A stretch of 64,000 nt of DNA, taken from a virus. The notes under the pieces were generated by a model that worked only from the letters and a program-made list of their open reading frames with translations, was not told where the DNA came from and ran no database searches. Shown here piece after piece: positions 19,218 to 29,371 of the stretch (positions are counted from its first letter, which is position 1; each line of letters opens with the position of its first letter). The position numbers were made by a program, and so were the translations under genes. The stretch spans positions 15,588-79,587 of the IMG/VR virus record IMGVR_UViG_3300023440_000003. The stretch is one strand, 5' to 3'.

Positions 19218-19712
19218 TTAATAATGAAAATCTACTAATACTACCCATTTGTTTAATAGGAGTTCAGGTGGATTCACTTCTAGAAAGTGTGTTATATATT
19301 CTCCATATTCTGATTCATCTATTATTATACACGCTTCTCCTGAACATACGCCTTCATCATTGTCTGCTTTGCATTGTATAAGTTCATTTAATATGATATC
19401 ATCTATACGTTCTACTACACTTATTTTCAGGTTATATTTTTTTACTATATTGTCCCATTCTTCTCCAGTGAAATAAGATTTATTTTTAATAATACGATCC
19501 CATTCTTTTGGGATGATGTGTAGTATATCTAAATATGTATTCCATCTGTGTAAGTTAGAATTTATAACAAAGTAATCCGCTATACCACCAGCCCAGAATT
19601 TACCTTCGTAATTTACGAAGTTGTTTTCGTACAACCATCGTTCTACCATATCAGCCACTTCTTCTCTATTTAACTTGTCGTCCAATACGACTACACGTAA
19701 CAACGCATGCAT
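19218..19712 (-). CDS. Hypothetical protein
   Basis: 164-aa ORF in an operon; ends WVVLVDFHY. Confidence 0.7.
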   Translation of the reverse strand: MHALLRVVVLDDKLNREEVADMVERWLYENNFVNYEGKFWAGGIADYFVINSNLHRWNTYLDILHIIPKEWDRIIKNKSYFTGEEWDNIVKKYNLKISVVERIDDIILNELIQCKADNDEGVCSGEACIIIDESEYGEYITHFLEVNPPELLLNKWVVLVDFHY

Positions 19713-19715
19713 TTT

Positions 19716-19934
19716 TCATACTCGTATTACATCAATATTTTTTATCCATAGGTCTATGTAAGAAATCTCATAATTTTTATTATTAAATTTCTTTTCTAAT
19801 TCTTGAGATATAGCTTGCATTACTTTTATAGGATTTTTGTTAGAGGTTACATATATCTGATCTGTAATAACTCGTTTACTACCATCAGTTCGTTTTTTGT
19901 GTTCAATTAGATATTTCACTTTGAACAGTCTCAT
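19716..19934 (-). CDS. Hypothetical protein
   Basis: SD AAGGAG; operon context. Confidence 0.65.
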   Translation of the reverse strand: MRLFKVKYLIEHKKRTDGSKRVITDQIYVTSNKNPIKVMQAISQELEKKFNNKNYEISYIDLWIKNIDVIRV

Positions 19935-19954
19935 TTGTTGACTCCTTGTTGGAT

Positions 19955-20755
19955 TTAGGTGTAATTTAGCTCCATTAAACTAGTGATATTGTCAATGTAA
20001 TCTATGTTATAGTATAGAGTCCTCATGGCACTTCCATAAATATAAATAGTCATATTGTTCTCTCGAATTTTTTTAATAGGATGTAACATCGTCATAGCGG
20101 AAAGATGATGTTCTACACTATACAATATTGATCCTTGACTCATGTTTGGAAATGAAATAATTGTTTTTCCTGTGCTTAAATCAGCAGTAATACCCCAAAG
20201 CCAGCGTGATATTAAGGCTAGACGCGGTTGCATTAAAGGAATCAGTCCACACACAGGATCCATGTATTCAGACCACGACTGTAAATTTTTCTTGAATAAA
20301 TATATATATCCGTATGAATCAATATCGCTAAGACTTATATTAGAACGTGATAATGGCCATGTATGACCTGAAATGCATGATATAATGTAGTTGTAAGTAT
20401 CTAAGTGTATTGCTTTAATTTTTACGCCTTTATCGTTGAGCCATCCCCTTAAGAGTTTAGTATTGATTTTTTGCGATGTAATCATAGCTGATATTTCTTT
20501 CTCATCTATTGTTAAGTTTGGGGTATTACATTGTCTTGTTATTGATATGATAACTGTACATTTTTTATCTCTGATAGTTGTAGCCCCAAAAACTGCTTGG
20601 CCTAGCTGGTCTTTGATAAGTATTGTCATAGGAGGTAATAATTCTTGTTTAAATAATATATCAATTTTATTTTGTTGATTGCCTGCTGTAATTTCAGTAG
20701 AGGATTTTTGGATTACAAATGAGTGAAATGAAGGATTATTAAATTCTATCTTCAA
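19955..20755 (-). CDS. Hypothetical protein
   Basis: 266-aa ORF coupled to the upstream gene. Confidence 0.65.
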   Translation of the reverse strand: MKIEFNNPSFHSFVIQKSSTEITAGNQQNKIDILFKQELLPPMTILIKDQLGQAVFGATTIRDKKCTVIISITRQCNTPNLTIDEKEISAMITSQKINTKLLRGWLNDKGVKIKAIHLDTYNYIISCISGHTWPLSRSNISLSDIDSYGYIYLFKKNLQSWSEYMDPVCGLIPLMQPRLALISRWLWGITADLSTGKTIISFPNMSQGSILYSVEHHLSAMTMLHPIKKIRENNMTIYIYGSAMRTLYYNIDYIDNITSLMELNYT

Positions 20756-21102
20756 TGTGATCCTCCGAATTCTTCATTTAGATGTATTATGAATCTTCTC
20801 ACGCTTATAAAAGTGTTGGTATTGTAGAATTTTATTTCATTATCTTTTTTACGTGGAAGATAACCTTCTTTTGCTCTCTTTATTATCGTTTTACACGTGT
20901 TTTCGTCAAAGTCGAACTTTGTATATATGAAATGTTCCAATAATGTGTCTAAAACATTAAATGATGCTATATATTTGCGGTCAATTAAATGACAATAATT
21001 GATATATTTTTCTAAAAGCTGTTCCGTGTCGGAAGTAACATCAATTAGAGATTCTAGTACAAACTTTTTGAATTCCGTTATTATTTCAGTCACATTTTCC
21101 AT
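20752..21102 (-). CDS. Hypothetical protein (paralogue of 18863..19207)
   Basis: Shared motifs; coupled ORF. Confidence 0.7.
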   Translation of the reverse strand: MENVTEIITEFKKFVLESLIDVTSDTEQLLEKYINYCHLIDRKYIASFNVLDTLLEHFIYTKFDFDENTCKTIIKRAKEGYLPRKKDNEIKFYNTNTFISVRRFIIHLNEEFGGSH

Positions 21103-21593
21103 GTCAATTCCTCCAGATCAATGTCTTCTATTTCTTTTTTGATTTTCTTTTCATACACATCTACAGGTACAATCATATAATCTCCTATCAAATTGACAAT
21201 ATTATTTTCTTTTGCGTATGCAGGAAATGTCCATATTCTGATGTGGTTATTTACCTTATCTATAATGAAAGCTCTGTTAATTCCGAACACTGTAGGTGAG
21301 GTTGTAATTTTAGGCAGCAGTATTGTTTCCAATACTACATCTGTAATGGTACCCCTATAATAGGTCCGGTTAATTCTACTATTGTCTCTAATAGGAGTTG
21401 TGTCTATATTTACAGTGACGTACATATCTATAGGAGATTGATGAAACATAGTAAGGTCCTGATCAATTTTTTGATGTATTAAAATTTTGTCTACCGCTAC
21501 TACTGCACGCATTTCTAGCACATCATTAGAATCCGGTGTTATAGCTATAATAGCTTCTTTGCTTATTATGAAAAATATTTGTTCCATGCTCAC
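21090..21593 (-). CDS. Hypothetical protein
   Basis: SD AGGAGGTG; first gene after the TGTTATAAG motif. Confidence 0.7.
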   Translation of the reverse strand: MSMEQIFFIISKEAIIAITPDSNDVLEMRAVVAVDKILIHQKIDQDLTMFHQSPIDMYVTVNIDTTPIRDNSRINRTYYRGTITDVVLETILLPKITTSPTVFGINRAFIIDKVNNHIRIWTFPAYAKENNIVNLIGDYMIVPVDVYEKKIKKEIEDIDLEELTWKM

Positions 21594-21612
21594 CTCCTTG
21601 AAGTTTTTAACT

Positions 21613-21661
21613 CTTATAACATCATTTTACCTTTATGGTTAATAATAAAGTTTGCTATAAT
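21613..21661. promoter_or_regulatory. Divergent promoter pair: TGTTATAAG (-, 21613-21621) and TGCTATAAT (+, 21653-21661)
   Basis: Both motifs read directly in the divergent intergenic gap. Confidence 0.6.
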
Positions 21662-21671
21662 AATGCATGAA

Positions 21672-21980
21672 ATGCCACAGTTTAAAGATTTACAAGCAGA
21701 TAATTTCTTTTACGCAACTGAAACTACTTACACAATAAGTGCATCTGGCTGGACTGAGGTGGATTTTGGCTTCGAAGCTAAGATTCTTGTATCCGTAGAA
21801 AATAAAAGTACCACAGGATATCTAGAAGTAGCTTTATCTCCTATAAGTAACCCAAATCCACCTCAGCCTAATTATGCTAGATTGGAGCCTGGAGGTGATC
21901 CTTTAGACTTACCTAGGCTGACTATTTCAAGGATTTATATAAGAGGAACATCAGATAAATTTATAATAAAAGCTGTGTGA
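21672..21980 (+). CDS. Putative structural protein
   Basis: Start reassigned to the ATG 10 nt after the -10 box; beta-rich. Confidence 0.55.
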   Translation: MPQFKDLQADNFFYATETTYTISASGWTEVDFGFEAKILVSVENKSTTGYLEVALSPISNPNPPQPNYARLEPGGDPLDLPRLTISRIYIRGTSDKFIIKAV

Positions 21981-21988
21981 GGTGAGTT

Positions 21989-22255
21989 ATGGCTGTAACT
22001 TATACTATTAATGGGATGAGTATCACAGTCAACGGAGCTACTTTTACTTTGACTGCTGACACTATTCAGGATAAGAGATATGTTTTTTATGATGATGGTA
22101 CTGGCACGATTAATTTTGTTGAAGTCGTTCCAAATGGAGCTGAATATAGCTTACCGTCAGGAGCTGCTGAATTATTACATGTGGTTGTTCCATGTAACTG
22201 TGTTGATCTAGTTAATGTAGATGGTTGGGGAATTATTGATGTAAGTGGAGGTTAA
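21989..22255 (+). CDS. Putative structural protein
   Basis: SD GAGGTG; beta-rich. Confidence 0.6.
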   Translation: MAVTYTINGMSITVNGATFTLTADTIQDKRYVFYDDGTGTINFVEVVPNGAEYSLPSGAAELLHVVVPCNCVDLVNVDGWGIIDVSGG

Positions 22256-22257
22256 AT

Positions 22258-23136
22258 GTGGCTTATTATTCTTTCCTATCTAATTCAGCAAACTTAATTA
22301 CTGACATAAAGAATGTTCTTGTGACTAATGAAGGATGGATAGATTATGACCCGACATACAATGTAGTTCAGACTCCAGCTACTGCGGCCTATCCTTTTTT
22401 CTTTAGGTTTGTGCAGGTGTTAAATCATTATAGGTTAGATGGAGCTGCCTATCTTGGTTGGGATAATGTCAATCACACTGGTAGTTTTGCTTCTCCAACA
22501 AAGTATGCTCAATTTTATAGCACTACTCCAACAGTTACTCCTGCTGCAGTCAATGTAATTATGTACGTCTGGAATAATGGTTTCATTATATGGCTTAAAG
22601 GTGCTGCTACAGATGGTACTCCCTATACAGGTATGTTTTATATAGGAGATATGGAAGTTTTAAGTGACTTTCCTAATACTATGCCTCTTGCTTATCTTGC
22701 TACATATGGAACTGTGTATGCTCCTGGTTTTGTGGGAGCATGTCCATACACGAGAAATCAAACAGAATTCATATGGAATAATACTGGTTACTATTTTGTT
22801 CTTTCTTCCATAATTCCTGCTGCAAATTATTATGTTCATGTAGGCACAACCACAACTCCTGAAGGTGAGAGGTTATGGTTGAATGAATTGTTTTTAGTTA
22901 ACGTCAATAATCTGACTGCCAACGCTGTTGCTCAGGGTATTATGGGAAAGCTTAGATTTGTGAGAGGTATTTCACAAGATGTAGCATTACTTGACGGTGA
23001 TGAAATTGTCGACCAGTTTAACAGCTGGACTTTTGTGTCCTTACCTCAAGATGGAGGAAATCAGTTCAACAATGCAATGTGGAATGATTTGAGAAATTAT
23101 ACCTCTTTTAAGTACATTGCTATTTTTAAGGCGTAG
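22258..23136 (+). CDS. Putative tail fibre/receptor-binding protein, copy A
   Basis: Rich in aromatics and N/T; paralogous to 23321..24184. Confidence 0.55.
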   Translation: MAYYSFLSNSANLITDIKNVLVTNEGWIDYDPTYNVVQTPATAAYPFFFRFVQVLNHYRLDGAAYLGWDNVNHTGSFASPTKYAQFYSTTPTVTPAAVNVIMYVWNNGFIIWLKGAATDGTPYTGMFYIGDMEVLSDFPNTMPLAYLATYGTVYAPGFVGACPYTRNQTEFIWNNTGYYFVLSSIIPAANYYVHVGTTTTPEGERLWLNELFLVNVNNLTANAVAQGIMGKLRFVRGISQDVALLDGDEIVDQFNSWTFVSLPQDGGNQFNNAMWNDLRNYTSFKYIAIFKA

Positions 23137-23138
23137 AT

Positions 23139-23309
23139 ATGGCAATTTATACAAGTGGATATCAGTTTAATGCACCTATCTCTCAACAGAGAACTATTAT
23201 CATGAATCCGGTTTATATAGCTGACTATCATACATCTATTCTCTCCACAATATCATACGGAGTTACTACTTTTACTGTAAAGCTTAGAAGATTATTCTTG
23301 TTTTTGTAG
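23139..23309 (+). CDS. 56-aa partner protein, copy A (absent from the ORF track)
   Basis: MAIYTSGY...FTVKLRRLFLFL; paralogous to 24184..24417 (MAVYTYGY...FRVQIRRVWVFL). Confidence 0.75.
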   Translation: MAIYTSGYQFNAPISQQRTIIMNPVYIADYHTSILSTISYGVTTFTVKLRRLFLFL

Positions 23310-23320
23310 GGAGGTCAGCT

Positions 23321-24184
23321 ATGGGATTCTATATAGGGTCTGCCACCAGAGACATTTTAATATCCACTATAAAAACCAATCTTGTCAATGAGGGTTGGAT
23401 TGATTACGATCCAACATACAATGTAATTCAAACTCCTACAACAGCAACATATCAGTTTTTTGTAAGGTTCATATCGATAGATGATCAAAAGCTTAGCATC
23501 GCTTGTTATTTAAATTGGGATAATGTGAATCATACTGGGTCACAGTCGTCTAACACTAAGGATATTGTATTTTTTGATTCTCCTCCTAATACGACTCCAC
23601 CTAACGTTAACTACATTTTGAGATCGTGGGGAAATGGATTTATTCTATGGCTGAAAGGAGATCCTCTACATGGAAGTCCACAATATAATCTTGCATATAT
23701 TGGAGATCTAGCAGTTGTTACTGATTTTCCTCATCCATTTCCAGTAATATTTATGTGTTCTTCGTATTTTTCTGGTGCTTCTCATCTTGGATCTGGATAT
23801 ATTGTAGCCAAAAACCGTTTTGGCGAATTTGTGTGGGGTGGTCCTGCACATTACGCTCATCTTGTTTCAATCCCGCCATGTTCCACATGGGAAGGAGGTT
23901 ATACGATAAATGGAGATGTAAATACTCCAGATGGACAGAGATTATGGATGCCTGAGTTGTATCTAGTAGCAGCAAAACAGCCTCAAGGTGTTTATGGCCG
24001 ACTGCAATATATTAAAGGTATTACTCAGGATATAGCTTTTTTTGATGGGGACGAATTGATAGATCAAAGCGGGAACAGTTTTGTTGTAGCAAATCTTTAC
24101 AATCGTTATGGCGAATTCTGCAATTTACTAGGGGCTTATCCTTATGCATATAATATAAAAAGAGTTGCTATACAGAAAATCTGA
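23321..24184 (+). CDS. Putative tail fibre/receptor-binding protein, copy B
   Basis: Shares NEGWIDYDPTYNV.QTP, WDNVNHTGS, GFI.WLKG, YIGD and DGDE with copy A. Confidence 0.55.
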   Translation: MGFYIGSATRDILISTIKTNLVNEGWIDYDPTYNVIQTPTTATYQFFVRFISIDDQKLSIACYLNWDNVNHTGSQSSNTKDIVFFDSPPNTTPPNVNYILRSWGNGFILWLKGDPLHGSPQYNLAYIGDLAVVTDFPHPFPVIFMCSSYFSGASHLGSGYIVAKNRFGEFVWGGPAHYAHLVSIPPCSTWEGGYTINGDVNTPDGQRLWMPELYLVAAKQPQGVYGRLQYIKGITQDIAFFDGDELIDQSGNSFVVANLYNRYGEFCNLLGAYPYAYNIKRVAIQKI

Positions 24185-24417
24185 TGGCTGTATACACTTA
24201 TGGATACAGTACCAGCATTTCTCTTAACAATGTTAATTCAAACACACATATAGTAACCGGTGCAGTCGAACCTTTGGCTGTCCAAGTTTCTTTTCAGAGT
24301 TCTTATCTTAGCCTTGAGTTTGGCGTAGGCTTACCCAGACGAGTTACTGTATTTTTAACCAATACATCTCCAGAGGCTTTTAGAGTTCAGATAAGACGTG
24401 TATGGGTGTTTTTATAA
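24184..24417 (+). CDS. Small partner protein, copy B
   Basis: Paralogue of 23139..23309. Confidence 0.7.
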   Translation: MAVYTYGYSTSISLNNVNSNTHIVTGAVEPLAVQVSFQSSYLSLEFGVGLPRRVTVFLTNTSPEAFRVQIRRVWVFL

Positions 24418-24468
24418 TACTACTTTTTCCAAACACTATATTTTTAATCTAGCTGCTTTGGCTACGTA

Positions 24469-24497
24469 TTGATAATTTAATGATTGTTTTTTAAAAT
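24469..24497 (+). promoter_or_regulatory. Sigma70-type promoter TTGATA-17-TAAAAT
   Basis: Consensus spacing; ATG 8 nt downstream with no SD. Confidence 0.6.
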
Positions 24498-24505
24498 CGT
24501 TTTTA

Positions 24506-25549
24506 ATGCCTTTGGTGCTTAGAAGATATCTTAGAATATTGTTTTGTCGTGCAGATAAAGGAGGAGTAGGTCATTATAGGGTTACATTGCCTGTCAAATA
24601 TCTAAGAAATACAGGTTTTTTCTGCACAGATAGTATGGCTATTTCTGCTTCTTTAGTTGAATCACATGACGTTCTTTATTTCAGTAGACAATATAAATGG
24701 GAAATCATAAGCTTTCTGCAAAAATTTTCTGCTGGATTGCCAATTATTCACGATTTTGATGATTATTTGTTTCATGTTGATCCTGCAAATCCTGCTTCTG
24801 CTTTGTTTTACAGACCTGAAGTACAGAAGGGCTTGATAGAATTCACAAAAATGTCTAAAGTTGTGACTGTGTCTACCGAGCCATTGATGGAAGAAATGAA
24901 AAAGCGTTTTCCTAAAAAACTTATTGTATTGTGTCCTAATGGTATTGAAGATGATAATTGGTTAAATCCTGAAGCTAAAAAGCCTAATGATAAAATCAGA
25001 ATTGGATGGGCGGGTTCTGTTAGTCACGTTGGAGATATGAGAATTATTGCAGATGCTGTAAATGAGATAGCCAGAAAATACCAAAACAAAGTGGAATTTC
25101 ATTTTTTTGGAGTTACTGAGGAATGGTTAAGTAATGTAGGCATCAAAACTGATGCTCCTAACATTCACACACACAAACCTGTACCGGTGGAAATGTATAT
25201 GGCTATGTTAAAAAATTTGAATTTTGATATAGGCTTTGCTCCTTTAGATCTTACAAGGTTCAATGATTGTAAAAGCAACATCAAATTTTTAGAATACACT
25301 GCCGCTGGTGTACCCGGGATTTATTCTCCAGCATATCCGTATAAGTCAAGTATAGAACATGGCGTTACGGGTTTATTGGTTAAAAAGAATCAGATAAAGC
25401 ATTGGATAAAAGCTTTTGAACAATTGATTCATGATGAAGCCATGAGAAAAGAATTGGTAATTAAAGCTCAAGAGTGTGTTAGAAAGAAATGGACTATGAA
25501 TCAAACTGTAGAATACTGGAGTAATGCAATTGAAGCCGCAATTCAATGA
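24506..25549 (+). CDS. GT-B (family 4-like) glycosyltransferase
   Basis: GVGHYRV..P, HDFDD, VTVST, RIGWAGS..H, DIGFAPL..FNDCKSNIKFLEY. Confidence 0.88.
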   Translation: MPLVLRRYLRILFCRADKGGVGHYRVTLPVKYLRNTGFFCTDSMAISASLVESHDVLYFSRQYKWEIISFLQKFSAGLPIIHDFDDYLFHVDPANPASALFYRPEVQKGLIEFTKMSKVVTVSTEPLMEEMKKRFPKKLIVLCPNGIEDDNWLNPEAKKPNDKIRIGWAGSVSHVGDMRIIADAVNEIARKYQNKVEFHFFGVTEEWLSNVGIKTDAPNIHTHKPVPVEMYMAMLKNLNFDIGFAPLDLTRFNDCKSNIKFLEYTAAGVPGIYSPAYPYKSSIEHGVTGLLVKKNQIKHWIKAFEQLIHDEAMRKELVIKAQECVRKKWTMNQTVEYWSNAIEAAIQ

Positions 25550-25670
25550 TCATAGGTCTTTTGTAGGACCACCTGATAAATTTGATCTTATTGGTGCTAT
25601 ACAATTTAAGGAGTATAAAAATATTAATGTAATCATGAAGAAATACGGAATTTAAAAGATACCTGTAAAA

Positions 25671-25699
25671 TTGCACTGTGGTTATTAGACTGGTATAAT
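25671..25699 (+). promoter_or_regulatory. Sigma70-type promoter TTGCAC-17-TATAAT with extended TG
   Basis: Near-consensus boxes and spacing. Confidence 0.65.
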
Positions 25700-25733
25700 T
25701 TAATCTAGGTTATAAAATTAGAGAGGTGCTATA

Positions 25734-26228
25734 ATGGCTATCATAGAAAATGAAGTCATAATTCCTCAACTTTATTCAGAATGGCGCACAGATGTCATAA
25801 ATTTTTTAAGATCTTTGGTTTATGAGTTAAGAGATCATAAGCATAAATTAACTACTGGATGTACAGTTAAGGATCTCTTATCAATATTTCAATCGGTAAA
25901 AGTACGTGTAGACAAAATTAAACAGTTATTGAATTCGCCATTTCTGTCGAGACTGGAAAGTGATTTGCAAAACGAAATAAGCCCATTGTTTTCGATTACT
26001 TCTAAATTGCAAGAACTGGATCAGTATCATCAACAATTAGAACTGCTTATCAATAAGAAATTTTTTGATCCTAATGAACCTCCTCCCCCAAATGGTCTTT
26101 CTCTGCGAGATAAATATTTTGATGCTTCTGGAAATCCCAAGCTGGTAAATCCTGATCTTACTGATAGAATGATCGACCCTGCAGACTTTACAGATATTGT
26201 CAATTTGATGACAAGTTATGGAATTTAG
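25734..26228 (+). CDS. Hypothetical protein
   Basis: SD GAGGTG; helical ORF. Confidence 0.65.
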   Translation: MAIIENEVIIPQLYSEWRTDVINFLRSLVYELRDHKHKLTTGCTVKDLLSIFQSVKVRVDKIKQLLNSPFLSRLESDLQNEISPLFSITSKLQELDQYHQQLELLINKKFFDPNEPPPPNGLSLRDKYFDASGNPKLVNPDLTDRMIDPADFTDIVNLMTSYGI

Positions 26229-26231
26229 TGT

Positions 26232-27251
26232 ATGGGTTGGTTATCTGGATGGCAATACCGGCGATTAATTACTGTGGACAATTCTCAAGGTGTATCTAAA
26301 AATGACTACCAAGTTCTTGTAGAACTAAATTCTTCTAATTTCGATTTTACTAAGGTTAACAGTGATGGTTCAGATTTAAGAGCTACTTTATCTGATGGTA
26401 CAACTGTTATACCTTTGTGGATTGATATATGGGATACGGTTACACCATATGCTCGTATATTTGTTAAACTTCCATCCATATCTGTAGGTATTAATCAGTT
26501 TTATCTTTATTACGGTAATCCTGGAGTAGGTTCAGCCTCTGATCCGTTTCAAGTTTTTGATGAATATCGTGATTTCGAACCTTCAGAGGATTTGACAGGA
26601 TGGACTACTACATGGATTAGTGCTTCAAATGTTTCTTATGTATATGATATACCAGCGAAATACAATAGCTATGGTAAATATTATAAAGATCCATCTACTG
26701 GATATGGAGCTGTAGTTGATTATAAGACCCTTTCACAGTACGAAGATTTTATTGCGGAACTGTGGGTATATGTAGCTTTCAATTATAGTTATTATGACCA
26801 GCATTATGGAATTCTACTGTATAAAAGTGGATCGACGGTATACAGGGCAGGTTTATCAAATCCAGGAGCTTCTAATTCTCCTCGTTTGTATGCTATAGCA
26901 GGTTACAAATTAATAAGTTTATGGCCAAATAATAACGTATGGTATTTTATTAGAGCAAAAGTTCAATATGATGTAGCTAATAATCAGACTACATGTACTA
27001 CAGAAGTTTATCACGAGGATTTAACCTTGATGGACAGTTATACTTATACATCTAGTGTTTTGGCAAATGTAATAGGAGTCCATTTAGCATCTGGTTATTC
27101 TCAAACAGGAAAAGTAGGAGTGGATAGTTTAAGGAAAATGAAATGGATTTATCCAGACCCTATTGTCACTGTAGGTAGTGAAGAGCTTGCTCCACCACTT
27201 GGTTCATCAAGACGTCGTAGGGTAATATTTTATTATGGAGAATACCGATGA
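26232..27251 (+). CDS. DUF2341-like domain protein with lectin-like C-terminus (virion)
   Basis: WLSGWQYRRLIT, DYQV, DGSDLR, IFVKLP, YLYYGNP. Confidence 0.75.
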   Translation: MGWLSGWQYRRLITVDNSQGVSKNDYQVLVELNSSNFDFTKVNSDGSDLRATLSDGTTVIPLWIDIWDTVTPYARIFVKLPSISVGINQFYLYYGNPGVGSASDPFQVFDEYRDFEPSEDLTGWTTTWISASNVSYVYDIPAKYNSYGKYYKDPSTGYGAVVDYKTLSQYEDFIAELWVYVAFNYSYYDQHYGILLYKSGSTVYRAGLSNPGASNSPRLYAIAGYKLISLWPNNNVWYFIRAKVQYDVANNQTTCTTEVYHEDLTLMDSYTYTSSVLANVIGVHLASGYSQTGKVGVDSLRKMKWIYPDPIVTVGSEELAPPLGSSRRRRVIFYYGEYR

Positions 27252-27631
27252 CGGTTAGAAAGAGTCAGACCCTGCAAGATCTAGTTTTTGTGATTCCTCT
27301 GGTTAAAGTTACTGGAGAAGCTGCCGCAGGTCTTGTAACCACTCTCTCAACCAGGATTATTGATCCAACAGGTAATCCTCTTCTACCAGGTATTGATTAT
27401 GATGAAGCTGTTTTTAGTGAACCACATTCTGATGGAAACTACGTGGTTAAATTTCCACAAACGGCTAATTTGAAAGCATTTACTTTAGAAGATGCTACTA
27501 ATCCTTATGTTTTGATACTTGATTCTACTGACCCGGATACATATCCTACTGTATTAGAAGTGTGGATTGTGTCTGAGTATGCCTGGGAAAGAAAGGCTAG
27601 AATTATTGATTATATAAAAAGTTATAGCTAA
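27248..27631 (+). CDS. Putative structural protein
   Basis: Coupled ORF in the fibre cluster. Confidence 0.55.
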   Translation: MTVRKSQTLQDLVFVIPLVKVTGEAAAGLVTTLSTRIIDPTGNPLLPGIDYDEAVFSEPHSDGNYVVKFPQTANLKAFTLEDATNPYVLILDSTDPDTYPTVLEVWIVSEYAWERKARIIDYIKSYS

Positions 27632-27643
27632 TGGAGATCTAAA

Positions 27644-29077
27644 ATGCGTTGGTTTGTAAAAAGTACAGGTGATGATAACAATTCAGGTGAGACGATAGAT
27701 CAGGCATTTGCCACATTACAGAAGGCTTTAGAAGTTGCTGCGGATGGTGATGAAATTATTATTTTAGATAATATTGTTAACACTTCCGACATTATTTTAC
27801 CTAATAAATCGTTAATTATTCGTGGACATAGACTAGGATACTATCCTTTAACTGATGGTGAATCGCGACCCAGCTCTATACAATTTAAACAAGGCAGTGT
27901 AATGGTTTTTTCTCAGGGCTCTGCTCCTATAGTGATTGAAGACCTTGATTTCATTTTTGATTCTGATACGCCTTCTGCATCAGGTGCAGATATACTATTA
28001 CAGTCCGGTACCAGTTTTTGTTACCATAAGACGTTTCAAAGCTGTATGATATCTTCTTATAGGAATAATCCTGTAGTTAATTTGAACTTATCGTATATTG
28101 GTTTGATGAATTTTTATAATGTACATATACAGTCTTATACAGAGAATGAATGTTTAATTTTGACTAATATTACAGGAGTTTTTGCTGACGGACTTTTAAC
28201 TCAGCATGTCTCTGCCAGCGGAGATGTTAACCCTCATGTGTTGTTGATGGTTAATAATTCAATACCAAAATCTTTTATAGTCAGAGAATCAAGTTTTTTA
28301 TTTGTTAATGAAGATACTGGTTATACTAATTACATTTTTGTTTCAGATAATTCTCCAGGAATAGGTGTAGTTTTTGATAAAAATACTTATGCTCTAATAG
28401 AATTTAACGATCTCACCCAGAGTAAATATTTTACTAGTCAGATGCCTTCTGGTGCTAAAGAATACGATCCTTCTCCTTCAGAAGCTTTATTTACTTATCC
28501 TATTGCTTCTAGTATTATGGTATCACCCCCGGGTATTTATAATGTCACAATTTCTACTAAGACTGCGGGAGGTTCGGGGATACCATTTACTATGATAAAT
28601 GTGCTTAATGATCAAGGTAAATTACTTCATGAATTTCAGACTGATCAGAATGGAAATGCATCTATTACATTGAATCAAGGAACATATCACATCCGGGCTT
28701 ATGCTGTGGGGTATACCTTTACGGAATCAATAGTTAATATTACACAGGATACTCAAATAGATCTTACAGGTTCTGAAATTTATTACACTCCATCACCAGA
28801 TCCAGCATTGTGTCGTATTCACATTTATGTTAAAGATTTCGGATTGCAACCTCGTGCTAATATAAGAGTATATGTGGATATTTCGGATTTACCTCAGACT
28901 ATAGGCTCTAATATAGGAGTGCTTAATACACAGACTTTTCTTACCGATGCTAATGGGTATGTTTATTTTGATGTGGCTCAAGGTGCTACAATTACTGTCA
29001 ATATTCCAGATGCCAGATTGAAAAAAGAATTTACGGTACCTCTGCAATCTTCACTTAATTTAGCTGATATTGTGTGA
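27644..29077 (+). CDS. Tailspike-like beta-helix protein with C-terminal prealbumin-like domains
   Basis: WFVKSTGDDNNSG..AFATLQKAL..GDEII beta-helix cap; TDQNGNA and TDANGYV repeats. Confidence 0.65.
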   Translation: MRWFVKSTGDDNNSGETIDQAFATLQKALEVAADGDEIIILDNIVNTSDIILPNKSLIIRGHRLGYYPLTDGESRPSSIQFKQGSVMVFSQGSAPIVIEDLDFIFDSDTPSASGADILLQSGTSFCYHKTFQSCMISSYRNNPVVNLNLSYIGLMNFYNVHIQSYTENECLILTNITGVFADGLLTQHVSASGDVNPHVLLMVNNSIPKSFIVRESSFLFVNEDTGYTNYIFVSDNSPGIGVVFDKNTYALIEFNDLTQSKYFTSQMPSGAKEYDPSPSEALFTYPIASSIMVSPPGIYNVTISTKTAGGSGIPFTMINVLNDQGKLLHEFQTDQNGNASITLNQGTYHIRAYAVGYTFTESIVNITQDTQIDLTGSEIYYTPSPDPALCRIHIYVKDFGLQPRANIRVYVDISDLPQTIGSNIGVLNTQTFLTDANGYVYFDVAQGATITVNIPDARLKKEFTVPLQSSLNLADIV

Positions 29078-29116
29078 TTTTAGAGAATAATAAGTTGATA
29101 TGATAATATGTTTACC

Positions 29117-29371
29117 ATGAATGAAGCTAAAAAAACAGCATTATGGTCGCGTATTTTAAGTTCCCCTTTATTAGTGTTATTAGCTAAAGGCACAGTGATG
29201 AGTGGATTAAGTAGAGCAGCCGGTTTGCCATGGAAGTATGCTTTGCCTATTGGAGCTTCTGCAGCTTTTGCAGATTTGGTGTGGGTATACCTTGAGCGAA
29301 TGGCTAATTTACGTGCAATTCAACATTATAATCCACAAATTCAGATACCAAAGTCAGTGTATGTAATATGA
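29117..29371 (+). CDS. Small membrane-helix protein
   Basis: Start reassigned 7 nt after TGATAATAT; KKTA; ends IQHYNPQIQI. Confidence 0.55.
   Translation: MNEAKKTALWSRILSSPLLVLLAKGTVMSGLSRAAGLPWKYALPIGASAAFADLVWVYLERMANLRAIQHYNPQIQIPKSVYVI

Noticed and set aside
25494-25676. 60-aa minus-strand ORF in the gap after the glycosyltransferase
   Set aside because: TTG/GTG-type start with no SD, no motifs, and it overlaps a neighbouring gene end and promoter.
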